Assembly: GCF_000420545.1 (NCBI RefSeq)
Contig: NZ_ATVD01000003.1
Span: 422,370 to 486,369, forward strand
DNA length: 64,000 nt
Direction: 5' to 3'
From: Arenimonas oryziterrae DSM 21050 = YC6267
GTDB taxonomy: Bacteria > Pseudomonadota > Gammaproteobacteria > Xanthomonadales > Xanthomonadaceae
A model generated the notes under the pieces. That model saw only the letters and a list, made by a program, of their open reading frames with translations. It was not told the DNA's origin and searched no databases. Each line of letters begins with the position of its first letter. Positions within the stretch are counted from its first letter, which is position 1. Both the position numbers and the translations under genes were made by a program. Positions 29,105 to 38,080 of the stretch are shown in pieces.

Positions 29105-31159
29105 TTACCAAATCCGCACCCGCGCCTCCGGCGCCAGATACATCCCGTCGCCCGGCTTCACGTCGAACGCGTCGTACCACGCATCGAAATTGCGCACCGG
29201 TCCGTTGAGGCGATACTGCGGCGGCGAATGCGGATTCGACTTGATGAGGTTCACCAGCGCCTCATCGCGGTACTTGCCTTTCCAGATCTGCGCGAACGCC
29301 AGGAAGAAGCGCTGATCACCGGTCAATCCGTTGATCACCGGCGCGGGCTTGCCCTTGAGGCTCAGGTGATAGGCGGTATAGGCCATCGAGAGTCCGCCCA
29401 GGTCACCAATATTCTCGCCCATCGTCAGTGCGCCGTTGACGCAGGTGCCTTCGAGCGGGCAGAAACCGTTGAACTGCGCGCCGAGGGCTTTGACGCGGGT
29501 TTCGAATCGCGCGCGGTCGTCGTCGGTCCACCAGTTGCGCTGGATGCCGGCGAAGTCGGACTTGCTGCCCTGGTCGTCGAAGCCATGGCCGATCTCGTGG
29601 CCGATCACCGCACCGATGCCGCCGTAGTTCACGGCCGGATCGGCGTTGAGATCGAAGAACGGCGCCTGCAGGATCGCGGCCGGGAACACGATCTCGTTGA
29701 AGGTCGCGTTGTAGTACGCATTCACCGTCTGCGGCGTCATCGACCATTCGTCGCGGTCGGGCTTCGTGCCCAGGCGCGCGTTCTGGTCGTCGGCGTAGTA
29801 GCGGCGCATCGCCATCGCGTTCGCGATCAGATCGTTCGGCACGATGGTGACGGCGTCGTAGTTGCGCCACTTCGTCGTGTAGCCGATCTTCGGACGGAAG
29901 GTGTCGAGCTTGTGATAGGCCTCGGCCTTGGTCGCGTCGCCCATCCAGTCGATCTTGCCCAGGTTCTGGCGCAGCGCGACGCGCAGGTTCGCGACCAGCT
30001 GGTCCATCGCGGCCTTGGCCTCGGGCGTGAAGTACTGCGCGACATAGACCTGGCCGACGACATCGCCCAGACCCTGCGTGCCACCGACGAGAGCGACACC
30101 GCGCTTCCAGGTGTCGCGCTGGGTCTTCTGGCCGTTGAGCACGGTGCCATTGAATGCAAACGCGGCGTTGTCGATCTCCTGGCTCAGCAGCGGCGCGTGG
30201 TTGCGCACGGCATGGAAGGTCAGGTAGTCGCGCCAGACGCTCAGCGGCGTGTTGTTGACGACCGCGAGAATCGGACCGACGGCACTCGGCGTGCTGACAT
30301 TCACTTCTTTCGGCGCACCCAGGCCCTGGGCCTTCGCCATTGCCGCCCAGTCGAAGCCCGGGTACAGCGTATTGAGGTCGGCGAACTGCGTGAGGTTGTA
30401 GGTCTTTTCGCGATCGCGCATCTGCGCGCGGTCCCAGGTGTTCTTCGCCAGTTCCGTTTCCAGCGCGAGAATCGCCTCGGCACGCGCCTTGGCATCGCCT
30501 ACGCCGGCAAAACCGAGCATGCGCTGGATGTGCTCGACGTATGCGGCGCGAATCGCGACGAAACGCGGATCGGGATTGAGGTAATAGTCCTTGTCGGGCA
30601 GGCCGTAGCCGCCGACGCCGAGACCGACGAGGTAGCGATCCGGATTTTTTCGGTCCAGGCCCACGCCCATGCCAACCGGCGCGCGCGTGCCGTCGACATC
30701 GGAGGTGCCGAACGCAGTCACGAGCTCTGCTTTCGTATCGATGGTGGCAATTCGGTCGAGCAGCGGCTTGAGCGGCGTGATGCCGGCGGCATCGCGCGCG
30801 GCCAGGTCCATATAGCTCGCGTAGTAGTCGCGGACTTTCTGCTGGTCGCTGCCCGGCGCGAGATTCGTCTTGCGGCTGATGCCTTCGATGATGTCGCGGC
30901 TGCGTTCTTCGGCCTCGTCGGTGAGCGCATTGAACGAACCGAAGCGCGTCTCGTAGTCCTTGAGCTCGTAGGTGTCGAGCCAGTGGCCGTTCGCGTAGCG
31001 ATTGAAGTCATCGCCGGGCTTGACCGAGGTGTCGCGGGCACTCAGGTCGACGCCGAAAGTACCGAAGGTCGGGGCGGGTTTGCCGGCGGGCGGGGCCGCG
31101 AAGGCGAGCGGCGAGCACAGGGCCAGGGCGAGACTCAGGGTGAGCGGCGAGAGCTTCAT
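29105..31159 (-). CDS. M13 family zinc metallopeptidase (PepO/neprilysin-like), secreted
   Basis: HEIGHGFDDQG (HExxH), downstream ENIGD(L)GG and an N-terminal signal peptide (MKLSPLTLSLALALCSPLAFA). The track TTG extension (to 31228) was rejected. Confidence 0.85.
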   Translation of the reverse strand: MKLSPLTLSLALALCSPLAFAAPPAGKPAPTFGTFGVDLSARDTSVKPGDDFNRYANGHWLDTYELKDYETRFGSFNALTDEAEERSRDIIEGISRKTNLAPGSDQQKVRDYYASYMDLAARDAAGITPLKPLLDRIATIDTKAELVTAFGTSDVDGTRAPVGMGVGLDRKNPDRYLVGLGVGGYGLPDKDYYLNPDPRFVAIRAAYVEHIQRMLGFAGVGDAKARAEAILALETELAKNTWDRAQMRDREKTYNLTQFADLNTLYPGFDWAAMAKAQGLGAPKEVNVSTPSAVGPILAVVNNTPLSVWRDYLTFHAVRNHAPLLSQEIDNAAFAFNGTVLNGQKTQRDTWKRGVALVGGTQGLGDVVGQVYVAQYFTPEAKAAMDQLVANLRVALRQNLGKIDWMGDATKAEAYHKLDTFRPKIGYTTKWRNYDAVTIVPNDLIANAMAMRRYYADDQNARLGTKPDRDEWSMTPQTVNAYYNATFNEIVFPAAILQAPFFDLNADPAVNYGGIGAVIGHEIGHGFDDQGSKSDFAGIQRNWWTDDDRARFETRVKALGAQFNGFCPLEGTCVNGALTMGENIGDLGGLSMAYTAYHLSLKGKPAPVINGLTGDQRFFLAFAQIWKGKYRDEALVNLIKSNPHSPPQYRLNGPVRNFDAWYDAFDVKPGDGMYLAPEARVRIW

Positions 31160-31304
31160 CGGGGACTCCGGGAGCAGGGACGGGACGGCGGAAGCTCCCG
31201 ACCTTAGCGCAACCGTGGCCGCGTGCAAGGGCGCAAGGTCATGGCCTCCGGACGGTCATGGGAACCCTATACTGGACGTGCAACCCACCGTTCCGGATGC
31301 CGTC

Positions 31305-32696
31305 ATGCCCTTCACCAGTTTGATCCTCCTCGGCGCCGTCATCGTCGCCGTCATCGTCTTCGTGATCCTGTTTTTCTGGGTCGTCGCGCTGCGCCGCGTC
31401 GTGCCGGTCAACGAAGTGCATATCGTGCAGAGCCGGAAAACTACGATCTCCTACGGCAAGGGATTCGAAAGCAATACCTATTACGAGTGGCCCTCGTGGA
31501 TTCCACTGATCGGCCTGACCAAGATCATGCTGCCGGTGTCGAACTTCGCGATCGACCTGCCCGACTACGCCGCCTACGACAAGGAGCGCGTGCCTTTCCT
31601 CGTGCACGTGATGGCGTTCTTCCGCATCAGCGATTCCAACACCGCCGCGCAGCGCGTGGCGTCCTTCGACGAACTCCAGCACCAGCTGACCTCGATCGTG
31701 CAAGGCGCCGTGCGTACCGTGCTGGCTGGCCACGAGATCGACCAGATCATGCTCGACCGCAGCCGCTTCGGCGAAGCCTTCACCAAGGAAGTGCAGCCGC
31801 AGCTCGGCAGCTGGGGCGTGGAAGCGATCAAGAACATCGAGCTGATGGACATCCGCGACTCGAAAGAGAGCGAGGTCATCCACAACATCATGGCCAAGCG
31901 CACGTCCGGCATCGAGCGCGAATCGCGCCTGGTCGTCGCCGACAACACCCGCCAGGCCGAGATGGCGGAAATCGCCGCCAAGCGTGAAATCGAAATGGCG
32001 CGCCAGCTCGCGGCCGAGCAGGTCGGTCTGCGCACCGCGGAAAAGGACAAGAACGTCGGTGTCGCCAACGAACAGGCCTCGCAGCAGGTGAAAGTGCAGC
32101 AGCGCGAGACTGCGGCCAAGGAAATGGACGTGGTGCAGGTCAAGAACGTGCGCGGCGCGGAAATCAGCAAGGAGGTCGCGGTCATCGCGGCCGGCCAGGC
32201 GAAGGAAGTCGCGATCGTCGACGCCGAAGCGACCAAGCAGGTCGCGATCGTCGAGGCCGAGGGCAACAAGCAGCAGACCGTGCTGACCGCCGAAGGCAAG
32301 CTCGAAGCGGCCAAGCGCAATGCCGAGGGCATCGCGGTCGAAGGTACGGCGCGCGGTTCGGCGGAAACGGCGATCCTGATGGCGCCGGTCGATGCGCAGA
32401 TCAAGCTCGCGGAAAAGATCGGCAGCGACAAGGGCTACCAGGATTACCTGCTGGGCATCCGCAACATCGAGGCGACGCAGGCCGTCGGCCAGGCGCAGGC
32501 GGAAGCGTTGAAGACCGCGCAGGTCAAAGTCATCGCGAACGCAGGCACGCCCGGCAAGGGCCTGGCCAATGTCATGGACCTGTTCTCGGCCGGCGGCGGG
32601 ACTGCCGTCGCGAGCATGCTCGAAGGCCTCGCCCAGTCCGAAGAAGGCCGCCGCCTGCTCGACAAATTCACCAACAAACCCGACAACACCCCGTAG
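31305..32696 (+). CDS. SPFH/band-7 flotillin-like protein (YqiK-like)
   Basis: N-terminal TM (LILLGAVIVAVIVFVILFFWVVAL) and an SPFH domain, followed by a long Ala/Glu/Lys/Gln-rich coiled coil (EA repeats). Internal ATG at 31305. Confidence 0.8.
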   Translation: MPFTSLILLGAVIVAVIVFVILFFWVVALRRVVPVNEVHIVQSRKTTISYGKGFESNTYYEWPSWIPLIGLTKIMLPVSNFAIDLPDYAAYDKERVPFLVHVMAFFRISDSNTAAQRVASFDELQHQLTSIVQGAVRTVLAGHEIDQIMLDRSRFGEAFTKEVQPQLGSWGVEAIKNIELMDIRDSKESEVIHNIMAKRTSGIERESRLVVADNTRQAEMAEIAAKREIEMARQLAAEQVGLRTAEKDKNVGVANEQASQQVKVQQRETAAKEMDVVQVKNVRGAEISKEVAVIAAGQAKEVAIVDAEATKQVAIVEAEGNKQQTVLTAEGKLEAAKRNAEGIAVEGTARGSAETAILMAPVDAQIKLAEKIGSDKGYQDYLLGIRNIEATQAVGQAQAEALKTAQVKVIANAGTPGKGLANVMDLFSAGGGTAVASMLEGLAQSEEGRRLLDKFTNKPDNTP

Positions 32697-32790
32697 GAGC
32701 CAGCTTGCTGGCGACCCGTCCCCGCCCTGCCATGGTGCCCCCCGAAAAACGGGAGTAATCTCCGGCCCAGTCTCTCCCTAGGAGGCGGCC

Positions 32791-33660
32791 ATGAAGACCC
32801 CGGAACCGGGTTGGCGTGTCAGGGCGGTGATCGGCGCGATGCTGATCCTCACCGGCGGATTCGCCGGGGCCGCGCAAGCACAGAATTTCGACTACACCGC
32901 GCAACTGCGCGGTACGTCGCGGGTGCAGGGCGCGGTCGTCGCCTCCGGAATCACCTGGCAATGCAGCGGTGCGCAATGCCGCACCCGCGGTCCCTGGCCG
33001 ATACCTGGCCTGGGTGCGTGCAAGGCCCTCGCCGCGAAAGTCGGCGCCGTCACCAGTTACGGCCATCCCGGCGCGGGGCTCGCGCCGAAAATGATCGAGC
33101 AATGCAATGTCGGCGTGGCCGGCAGTCTGACCGCGGCCCCTGGCGCGTCGGTCATGAAGCCCGCCGTCGTGCCGATGCGTCCGGTCGTTCCCGTGACCAC
33201 GCCCGCGCTCGATTCCGCGCGCCTGCGCACGCGGATTTCCCTGTTCGACAACCTGCAACGCGAGCGCGACCAGGCCGGCAAGACCGCGCAGGCCGCCTTG
33301 CCGCCCGCCATCGGCGCACTGGCGACCCAGCGCCCCGGCACCGCCGGCCTGCGCCTGCGCACGCCGCAGCGCGTGGTCGCCTCGCGCGGTGACGACTGCG
33401 ACGATCGCGAGGCCACCGCGCATCCGGACGCCGCGGAAATCTGCGACAACCGCGACAACAATTGCGACGGCCGCGTCGACGAAGGTCAGACGCTGCGCTT
33501 CTATCTCGATGCCGACGGCGACGGTCACGGCGATCCGGGTCGCATCGTCGATGCCTGCCCGGCCGACCAGCGCAGTTATGCCGACAGCGGCCAGTGGCTG
33601 GTGCTGACCGGCAACGACTGCAACGACGCCAATCCCGACCAGTGGCACGACTGCCCCTAG
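32791..33660 (+). CDS. secreted Cys/Asp-rich protein with MopE-like putative metal-binding motifs
   Basis: Signal peptide. The C-terminal half carries repeated CDDxxxxxHPxAxExCDxxDNNCDGxxDEG and DADGDGHGD motifs (putative Cu/Ca-binding, 'MopE-like' as recalled). Confidence 0.6.
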   Translation: MKTPEPGWRVRAVIGAMLILTGGFAGAAQAQNFDYTAQLRGTSRVQGAVVASGITWQCSGAQCRTRGPWPIPGLGACKALAAKVGAVTSYGHPGAGLAPKMIEQCNVGVAGSLTAAPGASVMKPAVVPMRPVVPVTTPALDSARLRTRISLFDNLQRERDQAGKTAQAALPPAIGALATQRPGTAGLRLRTPQRVVASRGDDCDDREATAHPDAAEICDNRDNNCDGRVDEGQTLRFYLDADGDGHGDPGRIVDACPADQRSYADSGQWLVLTGNDCNDANPDQWHDCP

Positions 33661-33693
33661 TCGCGCGAGCGATCCCGTGAGGAGGATTTCGCC

Positions 33694-34164
33694 ATGACCC
33701 GTGTCCATCACCCCCGCTGGCTGCTCGCGCTGTTGGTGCTGGTGCTCATCGTGCTGTTCCCGGCGAACTCGCGCGCGCAGGTGTGCACCTCGGACGTGCA
33801 ATGCCAGGACGCGTCGTTCTGCAACGGCCACGAGACCTGCGATCCGCGCAATCGCGCGGCGGATGCGCGCGGCTGCCTGGCCGCGTACAGCACGGCCTGC
33901 GCGGTGGAAGAGGGGTTTGTCTGCGATGAAGCGTCCCGTAGTTGTTCGGGCGGTCCGGTCGATGCCGACCACGACGGCGAAGCCAGCATCGGCACCGGCG
34001 GCCTGGACTGCGACGACAACGATCCGCAACGCGCGCCCGGTCACCCGGAAATCTGCGACGCGGACGGCGTCGACGAAGACTGCAACACCGAAACGCCCGG
34101 CCATCGCGACGCCGACGGCGACGGCCACGACGACGTGGCCTGCGTGAACTACATCGAGCGCTGA
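33694..34164 (+). CDS. secreted Cys/Asp-rich MopE-like motif protein (paralog of preceding gene)
   Basis: Signal peptide and the same DCDDNDP...HPEICDADGVDEDCN...DADGDGHDD motif set. 156 aa. Confidence 0.6.
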   Translation: MTRVHHPRWLLALLVLVLIVLFPANSRAQVCTSDVQCQDASFCNGHETCDPRNRAADARGCLAAYSTACAVEEGFVCDEASRSCSGGPVDADHDGEASIGTGGLDCDDNDPQRAPGHPEICDADGVDEDCNTETPGHRDADGDGHDDVACVNYIER

Positions 34165-34173
34165 CCGCCGGCG

Positions 34174-35049
34174 CTAGTGCCAGGTCCCGTCGGGGTAGAC
34201 GAGGATTTCCCGTTCGCGGCCGGCCACGGGTTCGCGGTCCGGGCCGTTATTGGCGCAGTTCTCGCGCTGGACACGCGCCATCTCGCGCGCGAGCTCCAGC
34301 GCATTGGCCTGGGTGTCGCGGTCCTTGTCGCCCGTGTCGGCCGCGAGCGCCAGTTGGATCGTGCCGCAGGCACCGTAATTGTCCACGCGCATCTGCGGCA
34401 CCAGGCGGGTCACGGCGGCGTCGACCTGGGCGTTGAAGTCCTCCGCGTCCATCGCCGCGACGGGCACCGACGCGCGCACCTTGATCAGGAACAGCTGGCT
34501 GTAGAACACGTACGCCAGCGATCGCGCCGGCACCGTCTTGCGCGTGAGGCTGAGCAGGCATCGGCGACCGTCCAGGGTCGGCGAAACCGTGGTCAGGCGG
34601 ATCAGTTCGTTGTCGAAGTCGCTGCCGGGCGGCGCCTCGTGCGGGTCGTCGAGCCGACTGCCGATGGGCGCAGGCACGCTGAACGAGGTGATGTCGCCGA
34701 ACTGCACGCCGGCATACTCGCCGCTCTTCTCGAAATGTCGGATCGCCTGTTCGACCTCGTTCATCGCCGCCGACAGCGCGTCGGCCGCGGGACTGCGGCC
34801 TTTCGGATACACATAGATATTGAACTGCAGGGCCGCCGGTGCCTGGGCCAGTGCGTAGTCCAGCGAGACGCCGTTTTCCCATTGCGCCGGATCGTAGTGC
34901 GCCTCGCGCAGGCGATGTCCGGCGTGCTCTTCGGGAAAACTCACCACGCTGCGGTCGATGAACTGCCGGCCCTGGTCGGCGGCGGCAGGTTTTTCGGCGC
35001 AGGCCAAGGGCGACAGCACCAGCAGCATCAGCGCAACAAGAGAACGCAT
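34174..35049 (-). CDS. hypothetical lipoprotein
   Basis: Internal ATG gives MRSLVALMLLVLSPLAC (lipobox) and a 291-aa body. The long track N-terminal extension was rejected as Ser/Arg/Cys-rich with no support. Confidence 0.55.
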   Translation of the reverse strand: MRSLVALMLLVLSPLACAEKPAAADQGRQFIDRSVVSFPEEHAGHRLREAHYDPAQWENGVSLDYALAQAPAALQFNIYVYPKGRSPAADALSAAMNEVEQAIRHFEKSGEYAGVQFGDITSFSVPAPIGSRLDDPHEAPPGSDFDNELIRLTTVSPTLDGRRCLLSLTRKTVPARSLAYVFYSQLFLIKVRASVPVAAMDAEDFNAQVDAAVTRLVPQMRVDNYGACGTIQLALAADTGDKDRDTQANALELAREMARVQRENCANNGPDREPVAGREREILVYPDGTWH

Positions 35050-35227
35050 GCGACCTCCGGGGTCTTTCGACTCCGGAATACTACGCGCCGATCCGTGCGT
35101 CCTGCACGATCGGCGAAGAAAGTGTGACGACGTTATCGGGCATGCTGCCTTGCCCCGTGAGCCGCGGTAGACATTGCTGAACCGCATCCGCAAAAACGGG
35201 CCGCAGACCCTGCTTTTTGCGTTGGAT

Positions 35228-38068
35228 ATGGAGGATATTCCGAGCACCCCCCGAGCGGACATCGGTATTTTGGACGCTGGCTTCCTCACTGCCGTGCTGC
35301 AGCATTCCACGCGTCGTGCGCTGATCGCGTTCGACCGGGACGGCGAGCTCATGGCCTGCAACGACCGTGCGACGGAATTGTGGACGCCGACCCTGCGCGC
35401 CTTGTTGCAACCGACGCTGCAAAGTTCTTTTGCGCAGTTGCGCGAGCATCCCGAGCGCAGCATCACTTGCGCACACGAGGATCTGGAGTTCCGCCTGCTG
35501 CCCGTGGTCCATGCCGGGCGGACCGAGGGCTTTATTCTCAGCCTGCTGCCGGTGCAGGAGATCGAGCCGGCCGACGACACCTCCGAGCGCGTGCGCTGGC
35601 GCTACGCGCTGGAGAACGCCGAGGATGGCCTGTGGGACTGGAGCGCCGACGACACCAGCGCCGAAGGCGGTCGCGTGTACCGCTCGCCGCGCTGCCTGAC
35701 GATGTTCGGCTATCCGCCCGACTACCTGCACGACACCGTCCACGCCTGGAGCGAGCTCGTGCATCCGGCCGATCTGGAGATGCAGAAGAACGCGATCGGC
35801 CAGCATCTGGCCGGCAACCGTTCGACCTACAAGGTCGAATACCGCATCCGCGATTTCCATGGGCAATGGCGCTGGGTGCTCGATCGCGGCAAGGTCATCG
35901 AATGGGCGACCGACGGCCGACCCAAGCGCGTGGTCGGCACGCATACCGACATCACCGACTACAAGGATCTGGAGCTGCGCCTGCGCGAGCGCGAGCTGCT
36001 GCTCGACGAGGCGCAGCGCATCGGCAAGATCGGCAGCTGGGTGTGGGATGCGGCGAGCGACATCTTCACCTGGTCCGACGAGCTTTACCGCATCTGCGGC
36101 TGGCCGATGGATCAGCGTCCGCCGCGCTGGGCCGAACACGCCGCGCTGTTTACGCCCGAGTCGTACACGCGCCTGACCACGATGGTCGAGGCCGCGATCA
36201 AGAGCAACGGCTCGTATCAGCTGGACCTGGATCTCGTGCGGCCAAACGGCGACCGTCGGCATGTGGAAATCGCTGGCGAAGTCATGCCGCGGGTCGATGG
36301 CCACGGCCTGCGCCTGATCGGCGTGGTGCGCGATGTCACTGAAGAGCGCCGGGCGACGGAAACCGCACGCTGGCGCAGCAAGCTGCTCAACCGTATCGCG
36401 GCGATGGGCCGCATCGGCGGTTTCGATCTGGCTCTCGCCACGCGCGAATTCCAGTGGACCGACGAGAACTACCGCATCCACGGCATCGAACCGGGCACGC
36501 CGGTCACCCTGGATACGCAGTTCGAGCATTACGACGACGAGTCGCGCGAACGTCTGCGCCTCGCGCTCAAGCGCATGGTCGCCGGTGAGAGCACCGACGA
36601 AACGGCCGAAGTCAATTTCATCACGCCCGACCAGCAGCGCCTGACCCTACGCCTGACCGCGAGCGTGGAAATGCACGAGGGCCGGCCCTACCGCATCACG
36701 GGTCTGACCCAGGACATCACGCGCGAACGCGAAGCGGGCCAGCGCATCGAACAGCTCGCGCACTTCGACACGCTGACCGGCCTGCCGAACCGCTTCCTGT
36801 TCCGCCAGCGCGCGGACGAGGCGATCTCGGTGGCCAAACGCGCCAACCTGTCGCTGGCCCTGCTGTTCGTCGACCTCGACCGCTTCAAGGATGTCAACGA
36901 CACGCACGGCCATGCCGCCGGCGATCAGTTGCTGCAGGAGATTTCCGGACGCATCAAGGCCTGCGTGCGCGGCAGCGATGTGGTCGGCCGTCTGGGCGGC
37001 GACGAATTCGTCGTGATGCTGTGCGAGGTGCGCAAACCCGAAGACGCCGCCCTGGTCGCGGACAAGATCATCGCCGCAGTCAACGAGCCGGTTGCCCTGC
37101 CCGATGGCGAGGTGACCGTCGGCGCGAGCATCGGCATCGCCCTGCTCAACGAGGGCACGGTCGATCTCGAGGCGCTGATGCGCGCCTCGGATGCGGCGAT
37201 GTATGCGGCCAAGCAGTCGGGCCGCAACGGCTACCAGTACTACAACGACGCGTTCTACGAGCGCATCCAGCGGCGCGTGCAGCTGGACAAGGAACTGCGC
37301 CTGGCACTGACGCGCGACCAATTGTTCCTCGTCTACCAGCCGACCGTGGCGCTCGGCAGCGGCACCATCCAAAGCTTCGAGGCGCTGCTGCGCTGGCGGC
37401 GCGGCAATGGCGATCTGTGTTCGCCGGTGGAATTCATTCCGGTCGCCGAAGAAAGCGGCGAGATCGTGCCGATCGGCCGCTGGGTGCTACGTGAGGCCTG
37501 TCGCCAGGCGGTGGTCTGGCGGCATACCGGACTGCCGTTCGAGCGCATCGCGGTCAATGTCTCGGCCGTGCAACTGCGCGATCCCGAATACGCCACGCAG
37601 GTGCTCGCGATCTGCCAGGAAACCGGTTGGGCGCCCGAACACCTCGTGCTCGAACTCACCGAGTCGGCGCTGATGCGCGACAACGAGGCGCTGCGTCGCA
37701 CCTTCACCCTGCTCGAAAGCTATGGCGTGCGCCTGGCGGTCGACGACTTCGGCACCGGCTTCTCGAACCTGCACTACCTGCACCGCTTCCCGGTGCAGCA
37801 TCTGAAGATCGATCGCAGTTTCGTCAGCCAGATGCTCGGCGACCTGCAGGTCACGGTGCTCACGCAGGCAATCATCCATCTGGGTCACGCGCTGGGGCTG
37901 ACGGTCGTCGCCGAAGGCGTGGAGACCGATCAGGCCCTGCAGGCCCTGCGCGCACAGGGCTGCGACGAAGTGCAGGGCTATCTGCTCACGCCGCCGCTGC
38001 CGCCACCGGAACTCGAGGCCTGGGTGCGCGCACGCGCGGGCGGCGACGGGTTGCAAGGCGCCGCGTAG
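35228..38068 (+). CDS. multi-PAS/PAC GGDEF-EAL c-di-GMP turnover protein
   Basis: At least three PAS/PAC modules are present. GGDEF is present (RLGGDEFVV), and EAL motifs are present (EALLRW...DDFGTGFS...QGYLL). The track start is TTG 35174; ATG at 35228 (MEDIPSTP) is preferred but uncertain. Confidence 0.8.
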   Translation: MEDIPSTPRADIGILDAGFLTAVLQHSTRRALIAFDRDGELMACNDRATELWTPTLRALLQPTLQSSFAQLREHPERSITCAHEDLEFRLLPVVHAGRTEGFILSLLPVQEIEPADDTSERVRWRYALENAEDGLWDWSADDTSAEGGRVYRSPRCLTMFGYPPDYLHDTVHAWSELVHPADLEMQKNAIGQHLAGNRSTYKVEYRIRDFHGQWRWVLDRGKVIEWATDGRPKRVVGTHTDITDYKDLELRLRERELLLDEAQRIGKIGSWVWDAASDIFTWSDELYRICGWPMDQRPPRWAEHAALFTPESYTRLTTMVEAAIKSNGSYQLDLDLVRPNGDRRHVEIAGEVMPRVDGHGLRLIGVVRDVTEERRATETARWRSKLLNRIAAMGRIGGFDLALATREFQWTDENYRIHGIEPGTPVTLDTQFEHYDDESRERLRLALKRMVAGESTDETAEVNFITPDQQRLTLRLTASVEMHEGRPYRITGLTQDITREREAGQRIEQLAHFDTLTGLPNRFLFRQRADEAISVAKRANLSLALLFVDLDRFKDVNDTHGHAAGDQLLQEISGRIKACVRGSDVVGRLGGDEFVVMLCEVRKPEDAALVADKIIAAVNEPVALPDGEVTVGASIGIALLNEGTVDLEALMRASDAAMYAAKQSGRNGYQYYNDAFYERIQRRVQLDKELRLALTRDQLFLVYQPTVALGSGTIQSFEALLRWRRGNGDLCSPVEFIPVAEESGEIVPIGRWVLREACRQAVVWRHTGLPFERIAVNVSAVQLRDPEYATQVLAICQETGWAPEHLVLELTESALMRDNEALRRTFTLLESYGVRLAVDDFGTGFSNLHYLHRFPVQHLKIDRSFVSQMLGDLQVTVLTQAIIHLGHALGLTVVAEGVETDQALQALRAQGCDEVQGYLLTPPLPPPELEAWVRARAGGDGLQGAA

Positions 38069-38080
38069 GCGCCCCACACC

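Noticed and set aside
31002-31304. 5' extension of flotillin ORF
   Set aside because: It overlaps the start of the divergent M13 peptidase. The internal ATG gives the expected N-terminal TM anchor.
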